A stretch of DNA of 64,000 bases, from contig CAZEDI010000004.1 of the NCBI GenBank assembly GCA_964510865.1, positions 249 through 64,248 of the forward strand, in the 5' to 3' direction. The notes below the pieces were generated by a model, which was given only the letters and a program-made list of their open reading frames with translations, was not told the origin of the DNA and made no database searches. Made by a program: the position numbers and the translations under genes. The DNA comes from an uncultured Halobacteriales archaeon. Its GTDB lineage: Archaea > Halobacteriota > Halobacteria > Halobacteriales > Hikarchaeaceae. This document shows, piece after piece, positions 50,884-59,755 of this stretch (position 1 is its first letter; every line of letters begins with the position of its first letter).

Positions 50884-51672
50884 TTAGATTGGTCCGGTGA
50901 TCGACGTCCCGCCATCCACCGGGAGGTTTATTCCCGTGATATACGACGATTCATCGGAAGCGAGGAAGAGGATCGCGTTGGCCTGTTCCCGGGGGGTCGC
51001 CCGTCGCTTCATGATCCCCGAATCCGTCGCGCCAGGTGTCGTCACCTCCTCGATGTGGTCATCTGCCTCCTCGGGGGAGAGCCCCTGGAGATGATAATCG
51101 GTGATCGTCGCCCCCGGCGAGACGGCATTGACCCGGATACGGTCCTCGACGTGATCATGGGCCATGTCTTGGGTCATCGAAATGATGGCGCCTTTGGTCG
51201 CGTCGTACTGACTCCAGTTGGGCCGACCCACGTGGCCCCCGACGGAAGAGACGTTCACGACCGACCCACCCTCTTCCATCAGCGGGATCAGATGCTTCGA
51301 GCAAAAGGCCACGCCTTTGAGGTTGATAGCTAAGATCTCGTCCCAGCTGTCTTCGGTGGCCTCAGTCACGGGCACTGCGTCAACCCGAATGCCAGCGTTA
51401 TTCACCAGCACGTCGATCGTCCCAAACGCCGCCTCGATCTCCTCGGCAACCGATTCGACCATAGCTTCGTCGCCCACGTCGGCTTCGAGGCCCAACGCCC
51501 GCTGGTCGTACTCGGCTTCGATGGTCTCCGCTGTCTCTTCGGCGGTATCGCCGTTCCAGTCGATTGCGACGACGTCAGCCCCTTCTTCGGCGAATCGGAG
51601 ACAGGCTGCCTCACCGATACCTGCCCCGCCACCGGTGACGACTGCCGTCTTTCCGTTGAGTCTATCGCCCAT
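50884..51672 (-). CDS. SDR-family oxidoreductase
   Basis: TGGGAGIGEA cofactor motif, NNAG, YxxxK (YDATKGA). Confidence 0.9.
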   Translation of the reverse strand: MGDRLNGKTAVVTGGGAGIGEAACLRFAEEGADVVAIDWNGDTAEETAETIEAEYDQRALGLEADVGDEAMVESVAEEIEAAFGTIDVLVNNAGIRVDAVPVTEATEDSWDEILAINLKGVAFCSKHLIPLMEEGGSVVNVSSVGGHVGRPNWSQYDATKGAIISMTQDMAHDHVEDRIRVNAVSPGATITDYHLQGLSPEEADDHIEEVTTPGATDSGIMKRRATPREQANAILFLASDESSYITGINLPVDGGTSITGPI

Positions 51673-51792
51673 GCAGTCGGATGAACGCTACTGCCTCAAA
51701 GAGGTGCGGATCCCGGGGAATTCTTCGTAGGGGAGCGAGAGCACGATGCATCCGTCGACACGACTAATTACCCGACGAACATATCCTGTTAC

Positions 51793-53079
51793 ATGACAGA
51801 CGGCGAGGCGCAGGCTGAGGCGGGAACCGCCGAGGGGCAGGGGCCGATCCAGATCGACGAGGAGCTGGCGCGCCACATCGAGAACAAACGTGAGGAGCTC
51901 CTCGAGAAGTTCGACCTCCACGATGAGCTCCCTCCCGCGGTCCTGGAGGAAGCTGAGCGGTGGACCGGTGATGTCACCGAGGAGGTCGCGGCAGAACTCG
52001 ATACCCGACGGGATCTCCGCGATCGCACAACATGGACGACTGACCCCATCGACGCACAGGACTTCGACGACGCAATCTCCGTCGAGGATCGAGACGACGA
52101 GTATGTCCTCTGGGTGCATATCGCGGACGTAAGCCACTACGTCACACCCGAAACAGAAGCATGGACTGCGGCAGTCGACCGTGGGAACTCGATCTATCTC
52201 CCGGGATACACGATCCATATGCTCCCGCGCATATTGGCCGAGACGGTCTGTTCACTCGTCCCCGAGGAGGATCGACTCGCACATACTGTCGAGATGCACC
52301 TGGACCGGGAGACGCTGGGGTTCGAAACCATCGAGATCTACAAGTCGGTGATCCGCTCCGATGAGCGGTTGACGTACACTAATTGTGAAGACCGGCTGGA
52401 AGACCCCGACACCCCGCTCCACGACGAGTGCTCACTCGCCTTCGACCTCGCGGAGCGGATGCACGAGCAACGCAAGGAGGACGGCTCGCTGGTGCTCAAC
52501 CCGAAACGGGACCGGGCCCACACCATCATAGAGGAGTGCATGCTGAAAGCGAACAAAGCTGTCACACACGAGCTGATGTGGAACCGCGGGGTGGAAGCGA
52601 TGTACCGCGTCCACCCGCAGCCGAGCCCCGAGGAGTGGGACGAAGCGCTCCGAGAGATTCAGGAATTGGATGACGTGTCAATCCCGGGAGAGGCGTGGGA
52701 CGATCCCCGAAAAGCGGTGAACGCGACGCTCGAACAGGCGCCCGAGCGACAGTTGGGAAAGATCCAATGGGCGGTGATGAAGGTGATGCCGCGGGCACGC
52801 TACATGAGCGACCCGTTTGGAGGTCACCACGCGCTAAACTTTGAAATCTATGGCCACTTTACCTCACCAATCAGGCGGATGTCCGATCTGGTCAACCACT
52901 GGATCGTCCACACGAACGATGTGCCGGAGGACCTTCCCGCACTCTGCGACCGGGCATCGGATCGCCAGAAACGCGCAGAGAACTGTGAGCGGGAGTATCG
53001 ACAGTTCCTGGAGGAGATCGGGTTGGATCCGGACGGCGTGAACAACCGGGGGATCGAAATCATCGAGACCGAGGATTGA
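51793..53079 (+). CDS. rnr: RNB-domain exoribonuclease (short archaeal RNase R)
   Basis: DPIDAQDFDDAISVE, HIADVSHYV, SIYLPGYTIHMLP, HHALNFEIYGHFTSPIRRMSDL. Confidence 0.9.
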   Translation: MTDGEAQAEAGTAEGQGPIQIDEELARHIENKREELLEKFDLHDELPPAVLEEAERWTGDVTEEVAAELDTRRDLRDRTTWTTDPIDAQDFDDAISVEDRDDEYVLWVHIADVSHYVTPETEAWTAAVDRGNSIYLPGYTIHMLPRILAETVCSLVPEEDRLAHTVEMHLDRETLGFETIEIYKSVIRSDERLTYTNCEDRLEDPDTPLHDECSLAFDLAERMHEQRKEDGSLVLNPKRDRAHTIIEECMLKANKAVTHELMWNRGVEAMYRVHPQPSPEEWDEALREIQELDDVSIPGEAWDDPRKAVNATLEQAPERQLGKIQWAVMKVMPRARYMSDPFGGHHALNFEIYGHFTSPIRRMSDLVNHWIVHTNDVPEDLPALCDRASDRQKRAENCEREYRQFLEEIGLDPDGVNNRGIEIIETED

Positions 53080-53090
53080 ACGGACACCAA

Positions 53091-53246
53091 CTACCGATCT
53101 GCCCTGTCCGTGTGTGACCGAATACTCGTTGGGACGACTCGGTGTCCACACGGGGCTGCCCAGTGAGTCGATGGGCCCGCAGTCGTAATTGCCACAACCA
53201 CGGTAGTGCATTGAGGACAGTGTCGTTCATCAGTGGATGTGTTCAT
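53091..53246 (-). CDS. small CPxC...CGH zinc-finger protein, 51 aa
   Basis: Below the track cut-off. Hand translation: MNTSTDERHCPQCTTVVVAITTAGPSTHWAAPCGHRVVPTSIRSHTDRADR*. Convergent with rnr, with the stops 11 nt apart. Confidence 0.5.
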   Translation of the reverse strand: MNTSTDERHCPQCTTVVVAITTAGPSTHWAAPCGHRVVPTSIRSHTDRADR

Positions 53247-53497
53247 ACTGAATCGTTTGGCAGAGAGAATACGCTGTCAGGTCGGACCATAATTACTCGC
53301 CGGCTACTGGTACCCCAGAACGTGATAATCACCGTTTGTGAAAACGATGGAATCCCGTCGATCGGGATCATGTCACCAAACATACGCCATTTCGCCGACT
53401 CGATCGACGATATCGCTCACCCCGACGTGTCAATCATCGACTCTCAATGCGTGCCATCCTTCAGTCCTGGTAGTCGCTACGCACCCTCCGTGGTGAT

Positions 53498-53929
53498 TCA
53501 GTTCGTTAAGGAGTGGACATGCTCGTGGACGGAAGTCGTATCGAAGCCGTCGGGGAAGGCGTTTTTCTCTCCATGCCCGTCTCCGACGCTGGCCAGGACG
53601 TGTGCTCGAATGGCCTTCACGGCGCGATCGACCATGATTGATTCATTGACCGACTCCGAGTCTGCGGTGATCACTCTCGAGTGGTCGCAGTATGGACAGG
53701 TCCACTCGTGGGGCAGGGGTTCGTCGGGAAGATTGGATACATTCACTGAGGGCGACGCGTCACGGTCGTTCGAATCGGGGTACGGAGATGGTGGCACGGG
53801 GGTGTCAACTCTGGAAACGCAGTAGTCCGTCTCTGCACCCAACGTCCCAACCACGCAATTAACGAGACCGGAACCGGCCGACACGTCCCGTATTGTCCCT
53901 ATTCCAGGAGAGACGGATGCACAGGGCAC
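53498..53929 (-). CDS. hypothetical protein with a CPYC...H...H zinc-finger-like C-terminal half (start uncertain)
   Basis: EWTCPYCDHSRV...AIRAHVLASVGDGHGE. The N-terminal third looks non-coding-like. Confidence 0.3.
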   Translation of the reverse strand: MPCASVSPGIGTIRDVSAGSGLVNCVVGTLGAETDYCVSRVDTPVPPSPYPDSNDRDASPSVNVSNLPDEPLPHEWTCPYCDHSRVITADSESVNESIMVDRAVKAIRAHVLASVGDGHGEKNAFPDGFDTTSVHEHVHSLTN

Positions 53930-54178
53930 ACAATGCGATTCGAGATAGAACCATGCCCAACGGGATAAACCTAGTGTCCATGACGGGAGTGATTCCGGGA
54001 TCGAAGAGGTCTACCAATAGATGTGAGCCAGCGACGTAGCCGAGCGACTAGTGTCTACAAATATGCGTTCATCATCTCCCATCGAATGATCGCGGGGACG
54101 GTGTTCAGAAACAGGGAGGAGATCTTCCTCGTGGCTTTCCGAGGGCGAAATAGTCGTGAGTGTCTGTGGCCGCGTGTC

Positions 54179-54829
54179 CTACGCGATAATCACTGAGCCC
54201 CGACGTTCGTATTCCATCTCGGCTGCGACGTCGTGAGCGACACTGGAATCGAACTCCCGTTCGACGAGGTAGAGCGCAAGATCGAGACCAGCCGTGATGC
54301 CGCCGGCGGTTAGGAGATCACCGTCGTCGACGACTCGTGCGTCGACCACCTGCGCACCCATATCGCGGAGATCGTCAACCGCACCATGATGAGTTACTGC
54401 AGGTCGGCCGTCCGTAAGTCCCGCGTGCGCGAGAAGGAGCGCCCCCGTACACACGGAGGCAACTGTTGCGCCCGTTGTGTATAGTCGCTCGAGTATAGCA
54501 GGGAGGTCCCCCCGCTCGACCTGTGCCCACGCCCCCTCCTCGGCGCGATTTCCCCAGCCGCCGCCTGGGACGACAACCACGTCCGGGACTCTGTGGGCCC
54601 CGTCGTCCTGGTCTTCGTCTGACGATACCTCTACTGTCCCCGTATCGTCGAGTACCCCATCCGGTTCGACGCGGAGTCCGTGGCTCGACGTGACGCTCGT
54701 CTGTCGAGCAGTCGTGTACAATCCGACGTCGATTTCGGCCCCACGTGCACGGGCGTGATTGAATACCTCGAACGGGCCGATCGCATCGATGTTGTCGAAC
54801 CCGTTGAACAGGACAATGGCGATGTGCAT
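54179..54829 (-). CDS. DJ-1/PfpI-family protein
   Basis: MHIAIVLFNGFDNIDAIGPFEVF ... nucleophile elbow ASVCTGALLLAHAGL. Confidence 0.85.
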   Translation of the reverse strand: MHIAIVLFNGFDNIDAIGPFEVFNHARARGAEIDVGLYTTARQTSVTSSHGLRVEPDGVLDDTGTVEVSSDEDQDDGAHRVPDVVVVPGGGWGNRAEEGAWAQVERGDLPAILERLYTTGATVASVCTGALLLAHAGLTDGRPAVTHHGAVDDLRDMGAQVVDARVVDDGDLLTAGGITAGLDLALYLVEREFDSSVAHDVAAEMEYERRGSVIIA

Positions 54830-55033
54830 AGCAGACGTTTGCTGCCTGCAGCCAAAACGATTCGTTCCATCGGATACGGAGTGACACCCGCGTCACAGAA
54901 TATGGCATGCATGACCGGGCCTTACCCACCGAGGATGGGCAGGTTCGATATTTGTGTTGACCACCCGCTGAGGCGGTCTCCATCACCCGCAAAGCAAGGT
55001 CTTTATGGATCGGTTCCTATCCAACGAAGACCT

Positions 55034-55699
55034 ATGACAAAAGTCTGCATGTTCCATACGGGGGCTAGCTTATCGGAAACGTTCACCGATCTTGCGAGAG
55101 AATACATCCCGGACGCAGAGCATTACCACATCGTCGACGAGAGCGTGATCAACGATCTCTTGGACATCGGAGAATTGACGCCGGACATCAAACAACGAAT
55201 TACCGTACAACTCTCCTTGGCCGAGCGGGGAGGGGCTGACATGATCTTAGACACCTGTTCCAGTACGTCTCCCGCCGTCGATGTTGCTCGGGAAGTGGTA
55301 GATATTCCGATCATAAAAATCGACGATCCGATGGCCGAGCGTGCAGTCGAACTCGGTGACCGCATCGGCGTTCTCGCGACAGCAAATTCCACCCTCGGGC
55401 CGAGCACCGAACTCGTCGAACGCAAGGCCGAGCAGGTCGATGGAGAGAACACAATAGAGTCGGTCCTCGTTGAGCACGCGTTCGAGGAGCGAACGAGTGG
55501 GAATATCGACAAACACGATGAACTCGTTACGGAACGGGCTCTCGAACTCGCCGAGACCGTGGACGTGATCGTTCTGGCGCAAGCATCGATGAGTCATCTC
55601 GAGGCAGCACTTGACGAACAGCTTGCGATTCCAGTGTTATCGAGTCCGGATCTTGCAATGGAGCGTATCGCCACGCTCGTCGATGAGGAGTCTTCATAG
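55034..55699 (+). CDS. Asp/Glu/hydantoin-racemase-superfamily protein
   Basis: Two-lobe layout: ADMILDTCSSTSPA (first catalytic-Cys position) and VDVIVLAQASMSHL (second position, no Cys). Start at MTKVCMFH (ATG 55034). The track ORF's N-terminal extension overlaps the DJ-1 gene antisense. Confidence 0.75.
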   Translation: MTKVCMFHTGASLSETFTDLAREYIPDAEHYHIVDESVINDLLDIGELTPDIKQRITVQLSLAERGGADMILDTCSSTSPAVDVAREVVDIPIIKIDDPMAERAVELGDRIGVLATANSTLGPSTELVERKAEQVDGENTIESVLVEHAFEERTSGNIDKHDELVTERALELAETVDVIVLAQASMSHLEAALDEQLAIPVLSSPDLAMERIATLVDEESS

Positions 55700-55762
55700 G
55701 TCACTAACGAGTAATTCCGTCGATCGCATACAAACTGACACCGAATCGAAAACTCGATATAC

Positions 55763-57025
55763 ATGTCACGGGTGCACGCTTCCTACCGAATTGAGACGCC
55801 ATTCCCGCCTGAGGATGCAGCCGCGGCGATGGCTGGAGAACAATCCTCCGGGACATTCACCGACGTTCCCGACGAAACCACTGAACTCATCGAACGGCAT
55901 GGTGCGACAGTCCAAGAGATAGAACTCATAGACGAGGTCTCCGAACCGTCCTTACCAGGTGCGATACCGGTCACCGAGGTAGGCGACGCAGAGACGTATC
56001 ACCGGGCAACCGTCGTCCTGTCGTTCCCAGTTGAAAACGTCGGGGCGTCGCTTCAGAATCTGCTCACAATGGTTGCCGGGAATCTCTTCGAACTGCGTCA
56101 TTTTTCCGGCCTCAAACTCATTGATGTCGAGATCCCGGCCGAGATAGCGGACGCATATCCTGGTCCGCAGTTCGGTATCGCGGGGACCCAAGCTATCGTC
56201 GATATACACGATCGGCCGGTGATCGGGACGATCATCAAACCGAGTGTCGGGCTCTCGCCATCGGAAACAGGCAGTCTCGTGGAGACGCTCGTAGATGCTG
56301 GTGTCGATTTTATCAAAGACGACGAACTGATCGCGAGTCCACAGTATTCCCCCGTGACAGAACGAGTGACCGAGGTAATGGACGTCATCCGATCCCACGA
56401 GGAACAGACCGGCAAGGAAGTGATGTATGCGTGTAACATCACCGGGGATATCGACGAGATGAAGGATCGACACGATTCGGTCGTCGAGGCTGGCGGTAAT
56501 TGTGTCATGGTCAGTATGAATAGCGTCGGACTCTCCGCTGTCCATGAACTCCGAACACACGCGGACGTACCCATCCACGGCCATCGAAATGGCTGGGGGG
56601 CGTTATCCCGGTCACCTCTCTTAGGCTTCGAATTTCAAGCCTACCATGCATTCTTTCGACTCGCTGGTATCGATCATATGCACGTGAACGGGATTCGCAA
56701 CAAGTTCTGTGAGTCTGATGAGTCTGTTATCCGTTCCGCACAATCGCTACAGACGCCCATCTGTTCGGAGGACGACGTCTGTATGCCCGTCTTCTCTTCC
56801 GGCCAGTGGGCGGAGCAAGCACACGATACCTATCGCGCCATGAAGAACACCGATTTCATGTACCTCGCAGGCGGTGGCATTCTCGGCCATCCCGGTGGCC
56901 CTGCCGCAGGCGTCGCTCATCTCAGACAAGGATGGGATGCCGCGATGAAGAATATCCCTCTGGAGGAGTATGCACGGGATCATGACGAACTACGTGTGGC
57001 ACTCGAGCATTACGAAAAACGATGA
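55763..57025 (+). CDS. RuBisCO large-subunit-like protein (form IV-like RLP)
   Basis: AGEQSSGTFT, GNLF, GTIIKPSVGL (Lys177 position is Ser), GVDFIKDDE, PIHGHRNG, HVNGIRNKF, SSGQW, AGGGILGHP. Confidence 0.85.
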   Translation: MSRVHASYRIETPFPPEDAAAAMAGEQSSGTFTDVPDETTELIERHGATVQEIELIDEVSEPSLPGAIPVTEVGDAETYHRATVVLSFPVENVGASLQNLLTMVAGNLFELRHFSGLKLIDVEIPAEIADAYPGPQFGIAGTQAIVDIHDRPVIGTIIKPSVGLSPSETGSLVETLVDAGVDFIKDDELIASPQYSPVTERVTEVMDVIRSHEEQTGKEVMYACNITGDIDEMKDRHDSVVEAGGNCVMVSMNSVGLSAVHELRTHADVPIHGHRNGWGALSRSPLLGFEFQAYHAFFRLAGIDHMHVNGIRNKFCESDESVIRSAQSLQTPICSEDDVCMPVFSSGQWAEQAHDTYRAMKNTDFMYLAGGGILGHPGGPAAGVAHLRQGWDAAMKNIPLEEYARDHDELRVALEHYEKR

Positions 57026-57229
57026 CATCCTCCCTGTTCTGACGGGCAAGGTTGCGCTATTGCACATCCTGTCCTGCTGTCTATCCAGTATGTGGACGGA
57101 CGAGAGGCGCTTCATCATCTGTGACGAATGGGTCGCGTGAGGAACCACTCGCAGTGGCCCGTGACGGTGTCCCCCTGAATGGCGGTCTTCAGAGACAACC
57201 GTTAACCGTCTGCTCTCACAGAATATACT

Positions 57230-57376
57230 ATGCCGAGGTGCCGGAACTGTGATTCCTTTGTGACTGAATCGTATGTCCGAGTGTTTGCGCCGAATGGGAT
57301 GACCCGACCTCGTGTGTGTCCCCAGTGTGAAGACAAGACGCGAGCGAAAGGGGAAATACGTTCGAAACGGAGCTAA
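57230..57376 (+). CDS. small CxxC...CPQC zinc-finger protein, 48 aa
   Basis: Below the track cut-off. MPRCRNCDSFVTESYVRVFAPNGMTRPRVCPQCEDKTRAKGEIRSKRS*. Confidence 0.6.
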   Translation: MPRCRNCDSFVTESYVRVFAPNGMTRPRVCPQCEDKTRAKGEIRSKRS

Positions 57377-57467
57377 CATCGATACCGGGGAGTCTGCATC
57401 CGGTGAGCCAGTATCCGGGTGAAAGACCTGTTTGATAGGCGGGTGACCAGAAGTTTTCTTTGACGCG

Positions 57468-57889
57468 TCACTCGACCGACGAGGACGCAAGTGGATATCG
57501 GAGATAGTAGGCGAAGGCTGGCGTGATTACGACGAAGAGCGGAACGAGAAGCCAATCAGCGTTCAAGGTTCCCGACGCCCACATGTACAGAACCGCTAGC
57601 AACCCGACAACGGCTTCGGTGAGAACCGTGATATAAAGGAACCACACCTGTTCCCACGTCTCGGCGTTGTAGGCAAATCTCTGCCCGAGGGCGAGTCCCA
57701 CGGGAATGCACCGGCCAATCGACTCATGACTGGGTCGAACGGTTCGCCCCATCCGAGAAGCGCAGCTAACACGCCAGGCATGCCAACGAGTGCGAGTCCG
57801 AATCCTGCCTGCAGGACACCGTGGATCAAGAACAGAAGTCGGAGTCGATACGGGACCGGAGTTGATGTCAATTGTCTTTCTATTCCCAT
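57468..57889 (-). pseudogene. membrane-protein gene apparently split by a frameshift near 57700-57720
   Basis: Track ORFs 57596-57889 and 57468-57752 overlap in different frames. TM-like sequence runs in frame A up to ...VMSRLAGAF, then continues in frame B as ...IPVGLALGQRFAY.... The out-of-frame tails are Arg/Pro/Gly-rich. Confidence 0.4.
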
Positions 57890-58144
57890 ATCCCTCGATA
57901 CTCCGAGGGTGTACTTAGTGATTTCTCCGTTTGTAGCGTGTTTACGGAGTATTTTTCACTATGGGATTCAGATAATGACTCCGCAAGATACACAGTATAT
58001 TCGATTTATGTCACGTATCGACTACGACATGGGGAACGCTCCTCTCCTGAGGACTGTGAACACCACACATAGAACCGCCACGAACGAGTGGGACGGCGTG
58101 CTTCGGCCAGCCCCTACAAGTCCCCCACGCTGGTAGAAGTGAGT

Positions 58145-59482
58145 ATGGTCGATTTGATCACCGTGGGCGGGCTGCTCCTGGCGTTCTTTCTTGTGGTCAT
58201 GAACGGACTGTTCGTGGCTGCGGAGTTCGCATTCGTCAAGGTCCGCCCAACGCAGGTGAATAGCCTCGTCGAACGCGGGAAACCTGGCGCGACCCTCGTG
58301 CAAGACGCTATCGAGAACTTGGACGACTATCTCGCGGTTAGCCAACTCGGCATCACGCTCTCCTCGCTTGGACTGGGTTGGATCGGCGAACCTGCCGTCG
58401 CATCGCTCATTGAACCGGTCATCGGGCAGTTCGTTCCCGCGGGTACGCTTCACCTGATCGCGTTCGCGCTTGGTTTCGGCTTCATCACGTTCCTCCACGT
58501 CGTCTTCGGTGAACTCGCGCCGAAGACGTTTGCCATCCAAGAGGCCGTTCGGATTGCACTCCTCGTCGCGCCGCTGATGAAGTTCTTCTACTATGCGTTC
58601 ATGCCCGGCATCATCGTCTTCAATGGAACCGCGAATTACTTCACACGCCTCGTCGGCGTCTCACCAGCATCCGAGAGCGAGGAGACACACACCGAAGAGG
58701 AGATCCTGATGATCGTAACGAGGTCGGAGGAAACCGGGCACATCGATGTCGACGAGGTCGAGATGATAGAAAGCGTCTTTGAACTCGGGGACACGATCGC
58801 CCGGGAGATCATGGTCCCACGTCCAGATGTCGAGACCATCCCCGAATCAGTGACGCTCGATGACCTCCAAACCATTGTTGCTACGGGGACATACACGCGA
58901 TATCTCGTGCTGGACGATGATGGTGAGCAGCCGATCGGGTTCGTTCACGCCAAAGACATCTTACGGGCGATCGATGCAGCCACTGACAGTGATGAATTAC
59001 CCACTGCTGCAGACCTCGCCCGGGAAGTGCTAGTCGTCCCAGAGACGCGACGGATCGATGAGATCCTGGCGGAGTTCCAAGCCCGAGGTGGACAGATGGC
59101 AGTGGTGATCGACGAGTGGGGAGTCTTCGAGGGGATCGTGACGATCGAGGACATCCTCGAAGAGATCGTGGGCGATATCCGCGACGAGTTCGACAGGACT
59201 GCCGAAGAGCCCTCTATCGAAAAGCGAGAGGACGGGACCTACATCGTCGACGGTGGCGTGTCCATCGAAGCGGTAAACGAACGGTTGGATGCGGCGTTCA
59301 CGCGTGACGACGTCGAGACGATCGGCGGCTTCGTCTTCAGCAACCTCGGTCGAGTGCCTACCGTTGGTGATGAAATCGAACGAAACGGGTACACCTTTCG
59401 CGTTGATGCAGTTGAAGATGCCCGGGTTGCACGAGTGGTCATTCACCCAAGACAGCCTTCTCGGGATGTGGCTGAGACCTGA
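58145..59482 (+). CDS. hemolysin-family CNNM/DUF21 plus CBS pair plus CorC_HlyC protein
   Basis: VVMNGLFVAAEFAFVKVR (DUF21), CBS region, C-terminal transporter-associated domain (GYTFRVDAVEDARVARVVI). Confidence 0.9.
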   Translation: MVDLITVGGLLLAFFLVVMNGLFVAAEFAFVKVRPTQVNSLVERGKPGATLVQDAIENLDDYLAVSQLGITLSSLGLGWIGEPAVASLIEPVIGQFVPAGTLHLIAFALGFGFITFLHVVFGELAPKTFAIQEAVRIALLVAPLMKFFYYAFMPGIIVFNGTANYFTRLVGVSPASESEETHTEEEILMIVTRSEETGHIDVDEVEMIESVFELGDTIAREIMVPRPDVETIPESVTLDDLQTIVATGTYTRYLVLDDDGEQPIGFVHAKDILRAIDAATDSDELPTAADLAREVLVVPETRRIDEILAEFQARGGQMAVVIDEWGVFEGIVTIEDILEEIVGDIRDEFDRTAEEPSIEKREDGTYIVDGGVSIEAVNERLDAAFTRDDVETIGGFVFSNLGRVPTVGDEIERNGYTFRVDAVEDARVARVVIHPRQPSRDVAET

Positions 59483-59488
59483 CATCCT

Positions 59489-59508
59489 CCCACGACTGAA
59501 GTCGTGGG
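59489..59508 (+). terminator. perfect 8-bp stem / 4-nt loop hairpin (CCCACGAC-TGAA-GTCGTGGG) followed by CTTTCT, 7 nt after the stop codon
   Basis: Read directly from the sequence. Also marks the point where composition starts to change. Confidence 0.3.
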
Positions 59509-59755
59509 CTTTCTCCCTGCCTCCGTGTGAGTACGGTATTCACCTTTCCTATCTACTGGCATTGGAAGGCGAGATCACGACTGGAATTCTATCGTCGATC
59601 GCCTATCACGCGGTGTATCGGGGGGAGTCGGTTAACGGGTATTGCGAACGATTTGCGTGAATAGTCAGCCAGCTGGGCTCGTCAGAGATGAAGAGGTCGG
59701 TTAAGAAGGTTACCCGTCCGAAGGATTTTCTCTGTGTCTGCGCAATTTCACTACC

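Noticed and set aside
52864-53211. 115-aa minus-strand ORF overlapping the rnr 3' end
   Set aside because: The alternative frame gives a clean zinc-finger mini-protein (53091-53246) that does not overlap rnr. The 115-aa translation is feature-less.
53142-53825. 227-aa plus-strand ORF
   Set aside because: It is Cys/Ser/Arg-rich and basic, overlaps the opposite-strand ORF, and lies in a region that looks non-coding overall. No motifs were seen.
55763-57025. Calling the RuBisCO homologue a bona fide form III carboxylase of the archaeal AMP pathway
   Set aside because: Lys177 is replaced by Ser (KPSVG instead of KPKxG), and Gly381 and Leu335 differ. No AMP phosphorylase or R15P isomerase is nearby. 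This still needs a phylogeny and an assay to settle.
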